The notes below the pieces were generated by a model, which saw only the letters and a list, made by a program, of their open reading frames with translations, was not told where the DNA came from and made no database searches. DNA of 50,451 nt, taken from contig JBBTNS010000002.1 in NCBI GenBank assembly GCA_038067655.1, positions 1 to 50,451 of the forward strand. Direction: 5' to 3'. The position numbers and the translations under genes are program-made. Positions within the stretch are counted from its first letter, which is position 1; each line of letters begins with the position of its first letter. The DNA is from Nitrospirota bacterium. GTDB lineage: Bacteria > Nitrospirota > Nitrospiria > SBBL01 > SBBA01. Of this stretch, positions 29,094 through 37,837 are shown one piece after another.

Positions 29094-30323
29094 CTAATAG
29101 CGGAAAAAACCCTGGCCCGTTTTTTTCCCCAAATAATTTGCATCCACCATTCTTTTTAACATGGGAGCCGGCCAAAAACGCTCCCCCTGCTCGGCAGCTA
29201 ATTTTTTTAATTCCGACAAAACCGTATCAATCCCAATCTGATCGGCATAATGCAGCGGCCCCCCTTTATCTTGAGGAAAACCAGTCCCCGCCATCATTGC
29301 AATATCAATATCGTTCGCAGAAGCCACCCCCTCTTGGAGGGCAATCACGGCTTCGTTTACCATAGACATCACCAGACGCGACGAAAGACTCACATGAGAA
29401 GAAGACTTCGAAGCGCCAATCGCGGAAACGATTTCGGAAAGCCCGTCTGTTGAAACATTCCCACTTTGTTCAGAATCACCGTAGGGACCGTAAAATCCAA
29501 AACCGCTTTTTACGCCTAAGCGACCCGCATGATAAAGCGCGTTTAATATCTTTGCCGGTTTCATCCGCGGCCCGTAGGCATCATAAAGAATCTCGGCCAC
29601 TTTGACAGAAACATCAATCCCAATCGTATCCAAAAGCGCAAACGGCCCCATTGGCATTCCAAAAGCAACCATTGTTTTATCAAGCGCAGAAGCCTCAGCC
29701 TCCCCCTCTTGCAACGACATCGAGGCTTCATTCAGGTAGGGCATCAAAAGGCGATTCACCAAGAAACCGGCACATTCCGTAACCCGAATGGGGATTTTCC
29801 GGATCGATTCTGAGAACATGACCAAATCGTCAATTGTCTCGCGGGAAGTGGCCATTCCCGGAATAATCTCCACCAATTTCATGGCCGGCGCAGGATTGAA
29901 AAAATGAAAACCAATCACCTTCTCCGGCCGTTTTGTCGGGGCGGCAATCGCCGAGATCGGCAAAGAGGAGGTATTGCTCGTTAAAAGGGTATTCTCCGAG
30001 CAGACCAATTCTAATTCACAAAACAATTTTTGCTTGACTGACACGTCTTCAAAAATCGCTTCAATGACCAAATCCACATCCGAAAACCCAGAATAATCCG
30101 TTACCCCGGTAACCAATGCCATCTTTTGTTCCATTTCAGATGCGGTCATCTTTCCCCGATCCACACGACCCTGATAAATATGGCGAACTGCCGCAAGGCC
30201 CCGATCCACCTGCTCTTTTTTTACATCCTTCAAGATGACAGGAATGCCCGCATAGGAAATAACCTGTGCAATGCCCGAACCCATCGCCCCCGCGCCAATC
30301 ACCGCTACTTTATAGATATACAT
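29094..30323 (-). CDS. 3-hydroxyacyl-CoA dehydrogenase, NAD-binding (equivalent to the FadB C-terminal half)
   Basis: The N-terminus KVAVIGAGAMGSGIAQV is a Rossmann motif. ..IGFHFFNPAPAMKLVEI.. is the 3HCDH signature. There is an additional C-terminal 3HCDH-like domain. AGGAG RBS present. Confidence 0.9.
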   Translation of the reverse strand: MYIYKVAVIGAGAMGSGIAQVISYAGIPVILKDVKKEQVDRGLAAVRHIYQGRVDRGKMTASEMEQKMALVTGVTDYSGFSDVDLVIEAIFEDVSVKQKLFCELELVCSENTLLTSNTSSLPISAIAAPTKRPEKVIGFHFFNPAPAMKLVEIIPGMATSRETIDDLVMFSESIRKIPIRVTECAGFLVNRLLMPYLNEASMSLQEGEAEASALDKTMVAFGMPMGPFALLDTIGIDVSVKVAEILYDAYGPRMKPAKILNALYHAGRLGVKSGFGFYGPYGDSEQSGNVSTDGLSEIVSAIGASKSSSHVSLSSRLVMSMVNEAVIALQEGVASANDIDIAMMAGTGFPQDKGGPLHYADQIGIDTVLSELKKLAAEQGERFWPAPMLKRMVDANYLGKKTGQGFFRY

Positions 30324-30365
30324 TGAGACTCCTAATAAAAATTCTTACTCAATTAGATGATTGTC

Positions 30366-30394
30366 ATTGTAATGTGCTTGATCCATTTTGTAAA
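30366..30394 (-). promoter_or_regulatory. Sigma-70-type promoter for the dehydrogenase/hydratase/GGDEF/PilZ unit
   Basis: The minus strand reads TTTACA-N17-TACAAT, about 40 nt upstream of ATG 30323. Confidence 0.45.
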
Positions 30395-30428
30395 GTAATT
30401 CGGCCCCTCTTAGCTTGCGCCGGATGAT

Positions 30429-30458
30429 TTGACAAAAACAGACCGCAACGACTAAACT
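30429..30458 (+). promoter_or_regulatory. Sigma-70-type promoter for tRNA-Gly
   Basis: The plus strand reads TTGACA-N18-TAAACT and ends 9 nt before the first tRNA nucleotide. Confidence 0.45.
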
Positions 30459-30467
30459 CTGCACCAC

Positions 30468-30542
<75 letters not shown>

Positions 30543-30543
30543 T

Positions 30544-31500
30544 CTATTGCACAGCGCGAACAATCAGCTTAAATTGCTGAGTCACCCGACTCCCCTTTCC
30601 GTCGCTCACCTCTAACTCTACATCAGTTTGATCCTCCGACACCGATACCGCTTCCCAAGTGACCAATCCAGATAATGCGTCAACCACCATGCCAGACGGC
30701 CCTTTTAAAAGGGTATATTTTAATGAGTCTAAATCAGGATCGTTCGCCACAATCTGGTAAAAATATTTTGGCTCCTTGCCTCCTTTGGGAGGGATCGAAC
30801 TAATTTGAGGAGGACGATTCACAACAGTAAGAATAGAAGAATTTTTCGGTTCTCCTTTTCCGTAAGCATCCGATGGGGTCACAACCACTAAAATTTGATC
30901 CGCGCTCTTTACCTGTTCGCCAGAAAGAATATCTTGATCATTCCCATCAACGAAACTTCCATTGATCTGCCATTGATAAGAAAACTGAATCAAATCAGCA
31001 TCACCATCGGTAGCCGTAGGCTCCACACGAATAGGGTTCCCAGCGTAAACGGGAATAGGGGAGAGTTCAATCTGAGTCAAGACAGGGGGACGATTGCCCA
31101 TCTGCATCGAGGCAGCCATCGGGGAAGACACTGCTTTAGCCGTCTCTTTGTCGATCAGCGTCACCTCAACTGAAACAATATCGCCCAAGCGAAATGGGCC
31201 AGGGCGAAGAAGTTGCCCCGTCCCAGCCTCTTTCTGATTCACACGCCAAAGATAACGATAGGAAACAGATTCCGAATCCGGTGGATGGGTCTGTACCGTA
31301 GCCCGAAGGACTGACTGTGGATTCGGAGCTTGCGGGGAGATCCCGACCCCCTGAAGGGTCACGACTGCCCCCCCCTTCTCTTTGTCGGGAATGGCTGTTT
31401 GCTTTTGATCTTCGCGATCATCCCCCTCTTGGGTCGTGATAACAATCAAGATCAATAAAAGGACTAAAATAATAATCATCCCTCTTGGAGAGAAGATCAT
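30544..31500 (-). CDS. Single-pass membrane protein with three Ig-like modules, the last a He_PIG/dystroglycan-type cadherin-like domain
   Basis: N-terminal TM helix GMIIILVLLLILIVI. Two related modules carry Y.W..N motifs (SYRYLWRVNQKE and SYQWQINGSF), each ending NRPP(V/Q). The C-terminal module YFYQIVANDPDLDSLKYTLLKGPSGMVVDALSGLVTWEAV...EVSDGKG has the 'putative Ig' (He_PIG) signature. Its ATG overlaps the pilY1 stop (ATGA). Confidence 0.7.
   Translation of the reverse strand: MIFSPRGMIIILVLLLILIVITTQEGDDREDQKQTAIPDKEKGGAVVTLQGVGISPQAPNPQSVLRATVQTHPPDSESVSYRYLWRVNQKEAGTGQLLRPGPFRLGDIVSVEVTLIDKETAKAVSSPMAASMQMGNRPPVLTQIELSPIPVYAGNPIRVEPTATDGDADLIQFSYQWQINGSFVDGNDQDILSGEQVKSADQILVVVTPSDAYGKGEPKNSSILTVVNRPPQISSIPPKGGKEPKYFYQIVANDPDLDSLKYTLLKGPSGMVVDALSGLVTWEAVSVSEDQTDVELEVSDGKGSRVTQQFKLIVRAVQ
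31368..31375 (-). repeat. G8 homopolymer (coding strand) in the Ig-like membrane protein gene, codons about 42-45
   Basis: The plus strand has C8. The minus strand reads GAG AAG GGG GGG GCA (EKGGA). Confidence 0.9.
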
Positions 31501-34500
31501 TGTACTTTATCCATGAACAGTTCAACCCCTGTCTTCTTTGGAGTCAGCAAAATACCGAAGCGATCAACATTCCCCAGAGAATTTGAGACGATAATGTCAA
31601 TGTCGGGCACACCATTCTGACTATCCCCTCCTCGGCCAACAACAATGGAAACACTAGAAAGAATTCCCTTGCCCGCATCTATATCACGCAAGACCTTTCC
31701 GCCAGAATCGACAGTATTAAACACTCCTTTTGGGTTACCAAGATTTGCAAAAGCAGTCCCCGTTTCATAATAAACTGCCGAAAGACTCGAGTTCCCAAAG
31801 ATGGAACAAATACCGCTCGATAGATCTGGGGTATAGGTTGGCACAAAGAGTGCCCCTGCAAAAAGTGTCGGGGTCGAGAGCACTCGTTCTCCAGCCTTAA
31901 GATCGATATACCATCCGTTTTTCGGCTCATTCTCATTATTTATTTCTTCATCTGCAAATTCAAAAATGTTTTTGCCGCCCCCCCCCGGACAATTAGAACA
32001 GATGCCAGACTCTTGCACGTCCACATCCGTCATATCGTACAGACTGCTGTCTTTCACGAATGGAATCTGCTCAGTACACCCTTCTTTCCACTTGGAAGTT
32101 TGACTATTCCAGCAGCCGTTAGGACCTCCTTCCTTGATTCCGTAAATACCCCCGGCAGATAAATCGTCTTGATCTTTCCCCGGACCCGCAGAAAACAGGC
32201 GACCCGTTCCAAAGTAAACCCAAGGCGTCTGCTTCTTATCATTGCTAATCGTTGCGGGCATTAAAACTGGCTCCTCCGGGTCAAACAAAACAGAAAAAGT
32301 CCAATCCTCAGGATCCGCCTTCTTATTCGTTAAGATGCGATGCATCTTTCCCTTCCAACTCCAAATGTCGTTACTGTTCTTTGTGCCATACGTTTTCCCA
32401 ATATAGACGCCGTCTGTAATATACTGTTTTTTGGCACGCTTCTTCCCCGTCCCATCCGTCGTTATTATAAAATCTGTCTCAAGATCAATGGTAGAGGGGT
32501 CTCCCATGAAGGCATATCTATCCGGATTATCTTGGTCTATTTGTCTTTTATGGACCAGATTGCCCGTTTTTAGATCAACAACATAAAAATGGCCATATTC
32601 GTTTACGTTTCCAAACCGGTTCGTGTTAGACACAACCTCCCGTTCTCCATTGTAGGAAAGAGGCCCCGATCCAAAGACAGCGTACCACGTTCCTTTATCC
32701 TCCCCAGATACCAAATCTGACTTCATTCTCATAACCGCAGGAACCCCCTTGGTAAACCCTAAATCCGCATCTCTAAAAGCCCAAAGAAATTTAGGCGCAG
32801 CAGGAGCATCGCCTACATGTCTTTCCGGATTCGTAATGTCGAAGGCAAAATAAGCAGATCGAAATCGATCTTCTCCAGGATCTGTTGTATTTGTATTCGC
32901 ACTCGGATTGAGATTAAGCGGATACAATGCGCCGCCCAGTCGCATGCTGGCGATCAAAATCGTTCCCCAGCCATTGGGATGATCTGCATCTGGTTCAAAT
33001 ATCCGAGCATCTACAACACTCGGAGTGCCATCAACAAAATAAAAATGTTGATCCTTCGTATATTCTGTTGACGTAATAAATTTCAGATGGGGTAATAGCT
33101 CTTGAGGAATAAAGCCCCAAAGCTCCTTGCCCAAAGGAACATGGCCACCACCCTCCGGCCTTATCGTCTTGAAATAGCCATTCTCTTTTTCAGAGGTGTC
33201 GGGATCATCACCCGAATGGTAGAACCCACCGTTAAAAGCATGAAGCATTCCATCGTTTCCGCCAACATAGATCACTTGCCGTCTCTTTTTATATTGATCA
33301 ACAAATCGGATATAAGATGTGTCGCCATATTTCTTATCTAGTGCATCAAGGGGAGCAGCAACCACAGTTGGATCTGAATGAATGATATCACCTAATTTCC
33401 ATGTAACAGCTTTATCCCCAACAACTCTTACTCGATTACGAAGCCCCGTGACTGCTTCTCCACGGATAAAGTTAATAATATTTTCGCTTTCAGCTGAGTT
33501 GGTCGCCCTTAGATAGGGTGCTAGATGATCGGCCGCCCCGCCTTGAAACCGAAACACACCCCGCTCATCCGTCTGTGTCCAAATATTCCGCTCGTTTGCA
33601 GGGTTCGTCGCTAGCAATTTGCCTGCTTCCCATAAATGGGCCACATCTTCAAGGTCACCAATGGTAGTGCAAGCATCTTTACCAGCCGCATTTTTGACGA
33701 CTTTCCCCGTCTCATCTGACTGGCACCGAAGCGCTTGTGTCTTCCTGGAGGTTTCGTTATAGAAAGTCCTGATAATGGCGTCCTTATTTAACACCAATTT
33801 TCGATCTCCACCCGCATCTTCCCTAAGCTGTCCGCGATCATCCACAAAAAAGGCCTGTAAATGCCCCACCCAAGAGACGGGTCCTGACACTTCGGAAACA
33901 GTGGGGAGAAAGTACGCTTGATAAGCAGCCCCTTCGCCGGTTGAAGAGGTTGATAAAAGTGAAACGGCAGATGCCGCAGCCGTCTTCTCGCCCATCGCAT
34001 AAATCGCCGTTAGAAGCGCATTCTTCATCTGCTCACCATTCTTGGCTTCAAAATAATGATCCGGGATCCCATCTGGAATTGCTACACGTGATTCGTTATT
34101 AACGATATCCCACTCCGATTGCAGATCGGGCTTCTGATTATCATTCTGATCATTAAAGCCACCAAACTTCGCCGCATCGCTTACTACATTTGGCCTAAAC
34201 GGTGTGGTCGTTGCTGTGCTCGTTCCTACTGTGGAAGGCTTCGTAAAAGTGAGAAGGGTATAAAGCGTCACACTTTGCATTCCAGATAGTCTCCCTCCCC
34301 CCGGATTCGTTGTAGGCTCTTGCGGACTAATACCATCAATTCCTTTAATGTGTGCAATGGGCCCGGATTCCGGACGCAAATCGGTTATATGCCCCCAATA
34401 AGCAACATCATCCAAATAGTGAGTCATCCCACTTCTACTAATAGGCCCTACGCAACGACGTGGAACAGGTGCGTGGTAAGGAGAGCAGACATCATGATGC

Positions 34501-35666
34501 CCTGGACTCTCATAAAGCCCTGTACGCACAGCAAAGTCTCTAAGCTCCACAGGGATATCTGTATCCTGCGTCGGGAGTCCGTCTGTCACAAGAAGCACAA
34601 ACGAATTGCAACAACTCACCCACTGATAATCCTCTTTTTTTGAGTCTCGACTTACGTTTTGATAATATGGGTCAGTCGTAGTACCTACAGTATAATCAGC
34701 AGGAGCATATTGGGGAGGAATTTGAGCATAGTATCGGATCGCCTCGTAAAGCGACTCGGCAAGGGGCGTATTCATGGTGGGAGCCATTTCTTCTACCTTC
34801 TTAATAATCTCAAGAACATTGCCTCCAAAATCCACCAATTTTTTTGAACCTTGGCTATGGTTAAACACAAAAAGGCCAAAACGGGCAAGACCCGCAGTCT
34901 TTTGAATAACCCCTACCGCCTGTGCCGGATCCTCCACCTGCACTCGAAGCTTGAATCTTACAAATTTTGTTTTATCTGTTGTCGATTGAGTGATTGAGGG
35001 GCACCACCCTAATACAGGGTTCGTGCCTATCCAAACAAGAAGCTCAGAACCAATGACTTCAGTACATCGAACGCCAGGAAATGTGCTAGAGGGACCCACA
35101 TTATCAAACTTAACAATCCGCCGAAACGTCCCATGTTTCTTAATCAGCGTAGCGCATTTGTCCTTATCCGACCTAATGACATCGCATTGTCCGCCTGTTA
35201 AGGCACTTTTCAAGATATCCATCCTGCTCATGGTCAGCCAGTTTAAAAAATTGCCATCCCACGGCCTGGAGGAATCGCGACAACCCAATGGAGAACCCGT
35301 CCTGGGTCCAGCAGGCGTAAATCGATCAACATTATATGCATAGCATTTGTTCGTATCAAAATACCCTGTAAATTGCGTCCGATTTCCTCTCGCGTCTGCC
35401 GCCCTATAGCCCATCTCAGTAAAAAGCTGTATTTGTTCAGGAACACTACAGAAATAGGCAGAGGAAGCATAAGCACAGATTGCCATACTCCCGGAGTTGT
35501 CTAGTAAAAGTAGAATGTTCGGTTTCGCATCTGGACTTAAAAAGGGAGGAATGGAGCTCAGTTCAAGAGCGGTGGGCTGCGATGCCCAAGAGAAATTGGG
35601 CCCAACCAGCCCCAGCATCATCACTAAAAAAAATGCCCACTGTTTCTTTGTATTTACTGTTTTCAT
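31497..35666 (-). CDS. pilY1: PilY1/PilC-family type IV pilus tip adhesin with an N-terminal vWA-like region
   Basis: Signal peptide MKTVNTKKQWAFFLVMMLGLVGPNFSWA. MIDAS-like LLLLDNSGSM. The PilY1 hallmark ..WKLGDIIHSDPTVVAAP...Y..F....KKRRQVIYVGGNDGMLHAFNGG... is present, with ..ELWGFIPQELLPHL.. further downstream. The gene follows fimT-pilV-pilW-pilX. I prefer ATG 35666 (GGAGGG RBS, 6-nt spacing) to the track start 35699. Confidence 0.88.
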   Translation of the reverse strand: MKTVNTKKQWAFFLVMMLGLVGPNFSWASQPTALELSSIPPFLSPDAKPNILLLLDNSGSMAICAYASSAYFCSVPEQIQLFTEMGYRAADARGNRTQFTGYFDTNKCYAYNVDRFTPAGPRTGSPLGCRDSSRPWDGNFLNWLTMSRMDILKSALTGGQCDVIRSDKDKCATLIKKHGTFRRIVKFDNVGPSSTFPGVRCTEVIGSELLVWIGTNPVLGWCPSITQSTTDKTKFVRFKLRVQVEDPAQAVGVIQKTAGLARFGLFVFNHSQGSKKLVDFGGNVLEIIKKVEEMAPTMNTPLAESLYEAIRYYAQIPPQYAPADYTVGTTTDPYYQNVSRDSKKEDYQWVSCCNSFVLLVTDGLPTQDTDIPVELRDFAVRTGLYESPGHHDVCSPYHAPVPRRCVGPISRSGMTHYLDDVAYWGHITDLRPESGPIAHIKGIDGISPQEPTTNPGGGRLSGMQSVTLYTLLTFTKPSTVGTSTATTTPFRPNVVSDAAKFGGFNDQNDNQKPDLQSEWDIVNNESRVAIPDGIPDHYFEAKNGEQMKNALLTAIYAMGEKTAAASAVSLLSTSSTGEGAAYQAYFLPTVSEVSGPVSWVGHLQAFFVDDRGQLREDAGGDRKLVLNKDAIIRTFYNETSRKTQALRCQSDETGKVVKNAAGKDACTTIGDLEDVAHLWEAGKLLATNPANERNIWTQTDERGVFRFQGGAADHLAPYLRATNSAESENIINFIRGEAVTGLRNRVRVVGDKAVTWKLGDIIHSDPTVVAAPLDALDKKYGDTSYIRFVDQYKKRRQVIYVGGNDGMLHAFNGGFYHSGDDPDTSEKENGYFKTIRPEGGGHVPLGKELWGFIPQELLPHLKFITSTEYTKDQHFYFVDGTPSVVDARIFEPDADHPNGWGTILIASMRLGGALYPLNLNPSANTNTTDPGEDRFRSAYFAFDITNPERHVGDAPAAPKFLWAFRDADLGFTKGVPAVMRMKSDLVSGEDKGTWYAVFGSGPLSYNGEREVVSNTNRFGNVNEYGHFYVVDLKTGNLVHKRQIDQDNPDRYAFMGDPSTIDLETDFIITTDGTGKKRAKKQYITDGVYIGKTYGTKNSNDIWSWKGKMHRILTNKKADPEDWTFSVLFDPEEPVLMPATISNDKKQTPWVYFGTGRLFSAGPGKDQDDLSAGGIYGIKEGGPNGCWNSQTSKWKEGCTEQIPFVKDSSLYDMTDVDVQESGICSNCPGGGGKNIFEFADEEINNENEPKNGWYIDLKAGERVLSTPTLFAGALFVPTYTPDLSSGICSIFGNSSLSAVYYETGTAFANLGNPKGVFNTVDSGGKVLRDIDAGKGILSSVSIVVGRGGDSQNGVPDIDIIVSNSLGNVDRFGILLTPKKTGVELFMDKVQ
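31978..31986 (-). repeat. G9 homopolymer (coding strand) inside pilY1, encoding ..CPGGGGKN..
   Basis: The plus strand has C9. The minus strand reads CCG GGG GGG GGC GGC AAA. Confidence 0.9.
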
Positions 35667-35689
35667 TTCAATCCCTCCTTTGAATTCAT

Positions 35690-36385
35690 CTATAGACACT
35701 TAAAAAAAGCGGAACGCGCAATAGACATTGCAGTCTGATTCCCTATCGGGGGAACTGCCCCCCCTGTAGGAACCGTCATTGCTATAATAGAATAATAATC
35801 CCCTTTGCCACAGCCAGCGCCTCCTGCCTTACGCGGATGCCCTGAAGTTGTCCGCGCGAATCCCTGCAACGAATTATAAAATAAATAATCCACATCAACA
35901 GAAGATGCACCACACTCAGGAGCAAATGTTCCAGCCTTAATTGTTATATTTGCGGCGGCAGCACCACCCACTGCTAGAATATCATCTAGAACTAAAGTGT
36001 CGTTTGGACTCAGTTCTTCGAAAAAATCATTCAGGGTGTCGTCTCCCCTTGCCAGGTTGGTTGAAACCGATATTCCTGTACCCTTCGTACCCGCCGTATC
36101 CTCGGTTTTTGAGTTAATCAGAGCAATTTGACTAGCCCCTTCATCAGAGACCTTCGCCAACACATCATACGCAACCATCAGTGCTGACTGTGAACATTGC
36201 GCAAGCCTCCTTTCTCGTACATGCTGGATTGAAACCGACTGTCCGATCATACCGCTTGTCAATGCCATCACAATCAGCGCTGTCACCAAAGCAACGGTCA
36301 AGACCACTGTAATCAGAATCGATCCGTTGTTTTTTCTGCCCATCTTTAAAAGTCTAATACCGCTCATTTTTATAATCCCTAACAT
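35690..36385 (-). CDS. pilX: PilX-like type IV pilus minor component
   Basis: The N-terminus ..GRKNNGSILITVVLTVALVTALIVMALTSG has the PilX_N-type hydrophobic segment, and the gene sits between pilW and pilY1. An ATG at 36385 overlaps the pilW stop (TAATG). The track start is a TTG at 36391. Confidence 0.7.
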   Translation of the reverse strand: MLGIIKMSGIRLLKMGRKNNGSILITVVLTVALVTALIVMALTSGMIGQSVSIQHVRERRLAQCSQSALMVAYDVLAKVSDEGASQIALINSKTEDTAGTKGTGISVSTNLARGDDTLNDFFEELSPNDTLVLDDILAVGGAAAANITIKAGTFAPECGASSVDVDYLFYNSLQGFARTTSGHPRKAGGAGCGKGDYYSIIAMTVPTGGAVPPIGNQTAMSIARSAFFKCL

Positions 36386-37380
36386 TAGCAACGAGGATCA
36401 TTTGGGCCACAGCCATCATTCACTAATTCTACCACTCGGGTTAGAACCATTCGCCTGAGCCTGCCCGGAGCCTCCCCTGCCCTCGAACGATCTTCTAATA
36501 ACAAAGGAGGCTTACCGCTCTTATAGTCAGGATTCCCATCGGGCATTGTCGCCACCAACGAGACCCGCATCGCAAGGTAGCCCAGCTTTGACTCAGGGAA
36601 AAATCCGTTCCCGTCCACAGGGGTATCAACAGCAATCGGCCCCACTGCTGGGTTTTGGTTGTTTAAGAGGTAGCTAACTTGTAAGTCTTCAATCCCGGTT
36701 GCAATCACAACCGGAGGTCCTCCACCGGCGGGTGCCGCCAAGAGAGCAGGACCCGGCGCATTGGCTAAGTTAGACGGCCCAATAGAGTACAGCAGGGATT
36801 GTACTGTAAAAACCCCAATCCCAGGAGGATAGACCTGGTCTGGCGGTAAGGATGTGTTAAGCGTTACGGCGTTGTCCGCGACTGCGCCAACAGCCGATGT
36901 AAAGAACCCGCCAATTGTAATCAGATTCCCTCCCTCAATCAGTTGAGTTCCTCCTGGGGGGGTCACAACGATGGTGCTCGCGCTTATACCAGGATTGGCT
37001 CCTGCCTCCAACGTTCCTACAAATTGTTTTGCCCCAGAAATGATTAAACCATCCGGCCCGTCGTTACTATTAATGGGCGCAACCGGAATACAGAATCCTC
37101 CAAGCGCAATACGAACATCTGGGAGCACCCCTGCACATCGGAAATATCCTTTCGAAACACCACTATCGAGAGGGTCTATCGTTCCAAAGCCCGCCGCCCG
37201 AATATCGCTCACTAAAATATCCATCGCTAATTGTAACCTCACCTGCATATCTTTTCTTCGATCTTGGTTGGCCTGAAAGAAAAATGTATCGATATAAAAT
37301 TGATAGATTGCAGTTGTGACAACACCCACCATGGCAATCCCGACCATCAGCTCAATTAATGTAAATCCCTTCTCTTTCAT
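36385..37380 (-). CDS. pilW: PilW-like type IV pilus minor pilin
   Basis: MKEKG|FTLIELMVGIAMVGVVTTAIYQFY carries the prepilin cleavage/methylation motif. Size and operon position fit PilW. It starts 1 nt after the pilV stop. Confidence 0.8.
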   Translation of the reverse strand: MKEKGFTLIELMVGIAMVGVVTTAIYQFYIDTFFFQANQDRRKDMQVRLQLAMDILVSDIRAAGFGTIDPLDSGVSKGYFRCAGVLPDVRIALGGFCIPVAPINSNDGPDGLIISGAKQFVGTLEAGANPGISASTIVVTPPGGTQLIEGGNLITIGGFFTSAVGAVADNAVTLNTSLPPDQVYPPGIGVFTVQSLLYSIGPSNLANAPGPALLAAPAGGGPPVVIATGIEDLQVSYLLNNQNPAVGPIAVDTPVDGNGFFPESKLGYLAMRVSLVATMPDGNPDYKSGKPPLLLEDRSRAGEAPGRLRRMVLTRVVELVNDGCGPNDPRC

Positions 37381-37381
37381 T

Positions 37382-37837
37382 TTATTGCCCTACAAAGGAA
37401 TTGAGTGTAAGAATATTATCTGGCGGAAGGCCCGCGGGCACCGGCCTGCCGATTGTCACTGTAACCCTCATACCCGACACCCCTGCGACTAAACCTGTTG
37501 CCACGGTTCCAATCATCCCTGGAATGGCCTGCTGAATTTGAACCTGCCAGTTCTGGCGATCAATTTCGGCCATCGTTGGCACCCCAGAAAGAACAACGGG
37601 ATCGGTTCCTACGTTAAAATTATAGGCAGCCGCCATCTTATTGTTTCGACGCACCATTTCAATCATATTCTCGGCGGTAGTAACCGCCTTCAGCCTGTTA
37701 GCACTCTGCGCACTTTGTCCTAGAATGGCGATATCCGCAGACGCAATGGCAAGGACAGCAATGGTCAAGATCACAAGGGAAATCATCACTTCGATCATCG
37801 TAAAACCATTCTCCATTTTCATCTTAATTTTCCTCAT
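37382..37837 (-). CDS. pilV: PilV-like type IV pilus minor pilin
   Basis: ..MENG|FTMIEVMISLVILTIAVLAIASA carries the prepilin motif. Length is about 150 aa. ATGA overlap with the fimT-like stop. Confidence 0.8.
   Translation of the reverse strand: MRKIKMKMENGFTMIEVMISLVILTIAVLAIASADIAILGQSAQSANRLKAVTTAENMIEMVRRNNKMAAAYNFNVGTDPVVLSGVPTMAEIDRQNWQVQIQQAIPGMIGTVATGLVAGVSGMRVTVTIGRPVPAGLPPDNILTLNSFVGQ

Noticed and set aside
29081-29143. 21-aa N-terminal extension of the crotonase ORF in the track (MQIIWGKKRARVFSAISWRDR).
   Set aside because: It overlaps the end of the dehydrogenase gene. The internal ATG at 29080 has a GGAGGG RBS and yields a typical crotonase N-terminus (MDQLVTEQIDGNVATITINNP).
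35667-35699. 11-aa extension at the pilY1 start in the track (MSIDEFKGGIE).
   Set aside because: These codons contain the GGAGGG RBS for ATG 35666. That start gives a standard signal peptide and removes the overlap with pilX.
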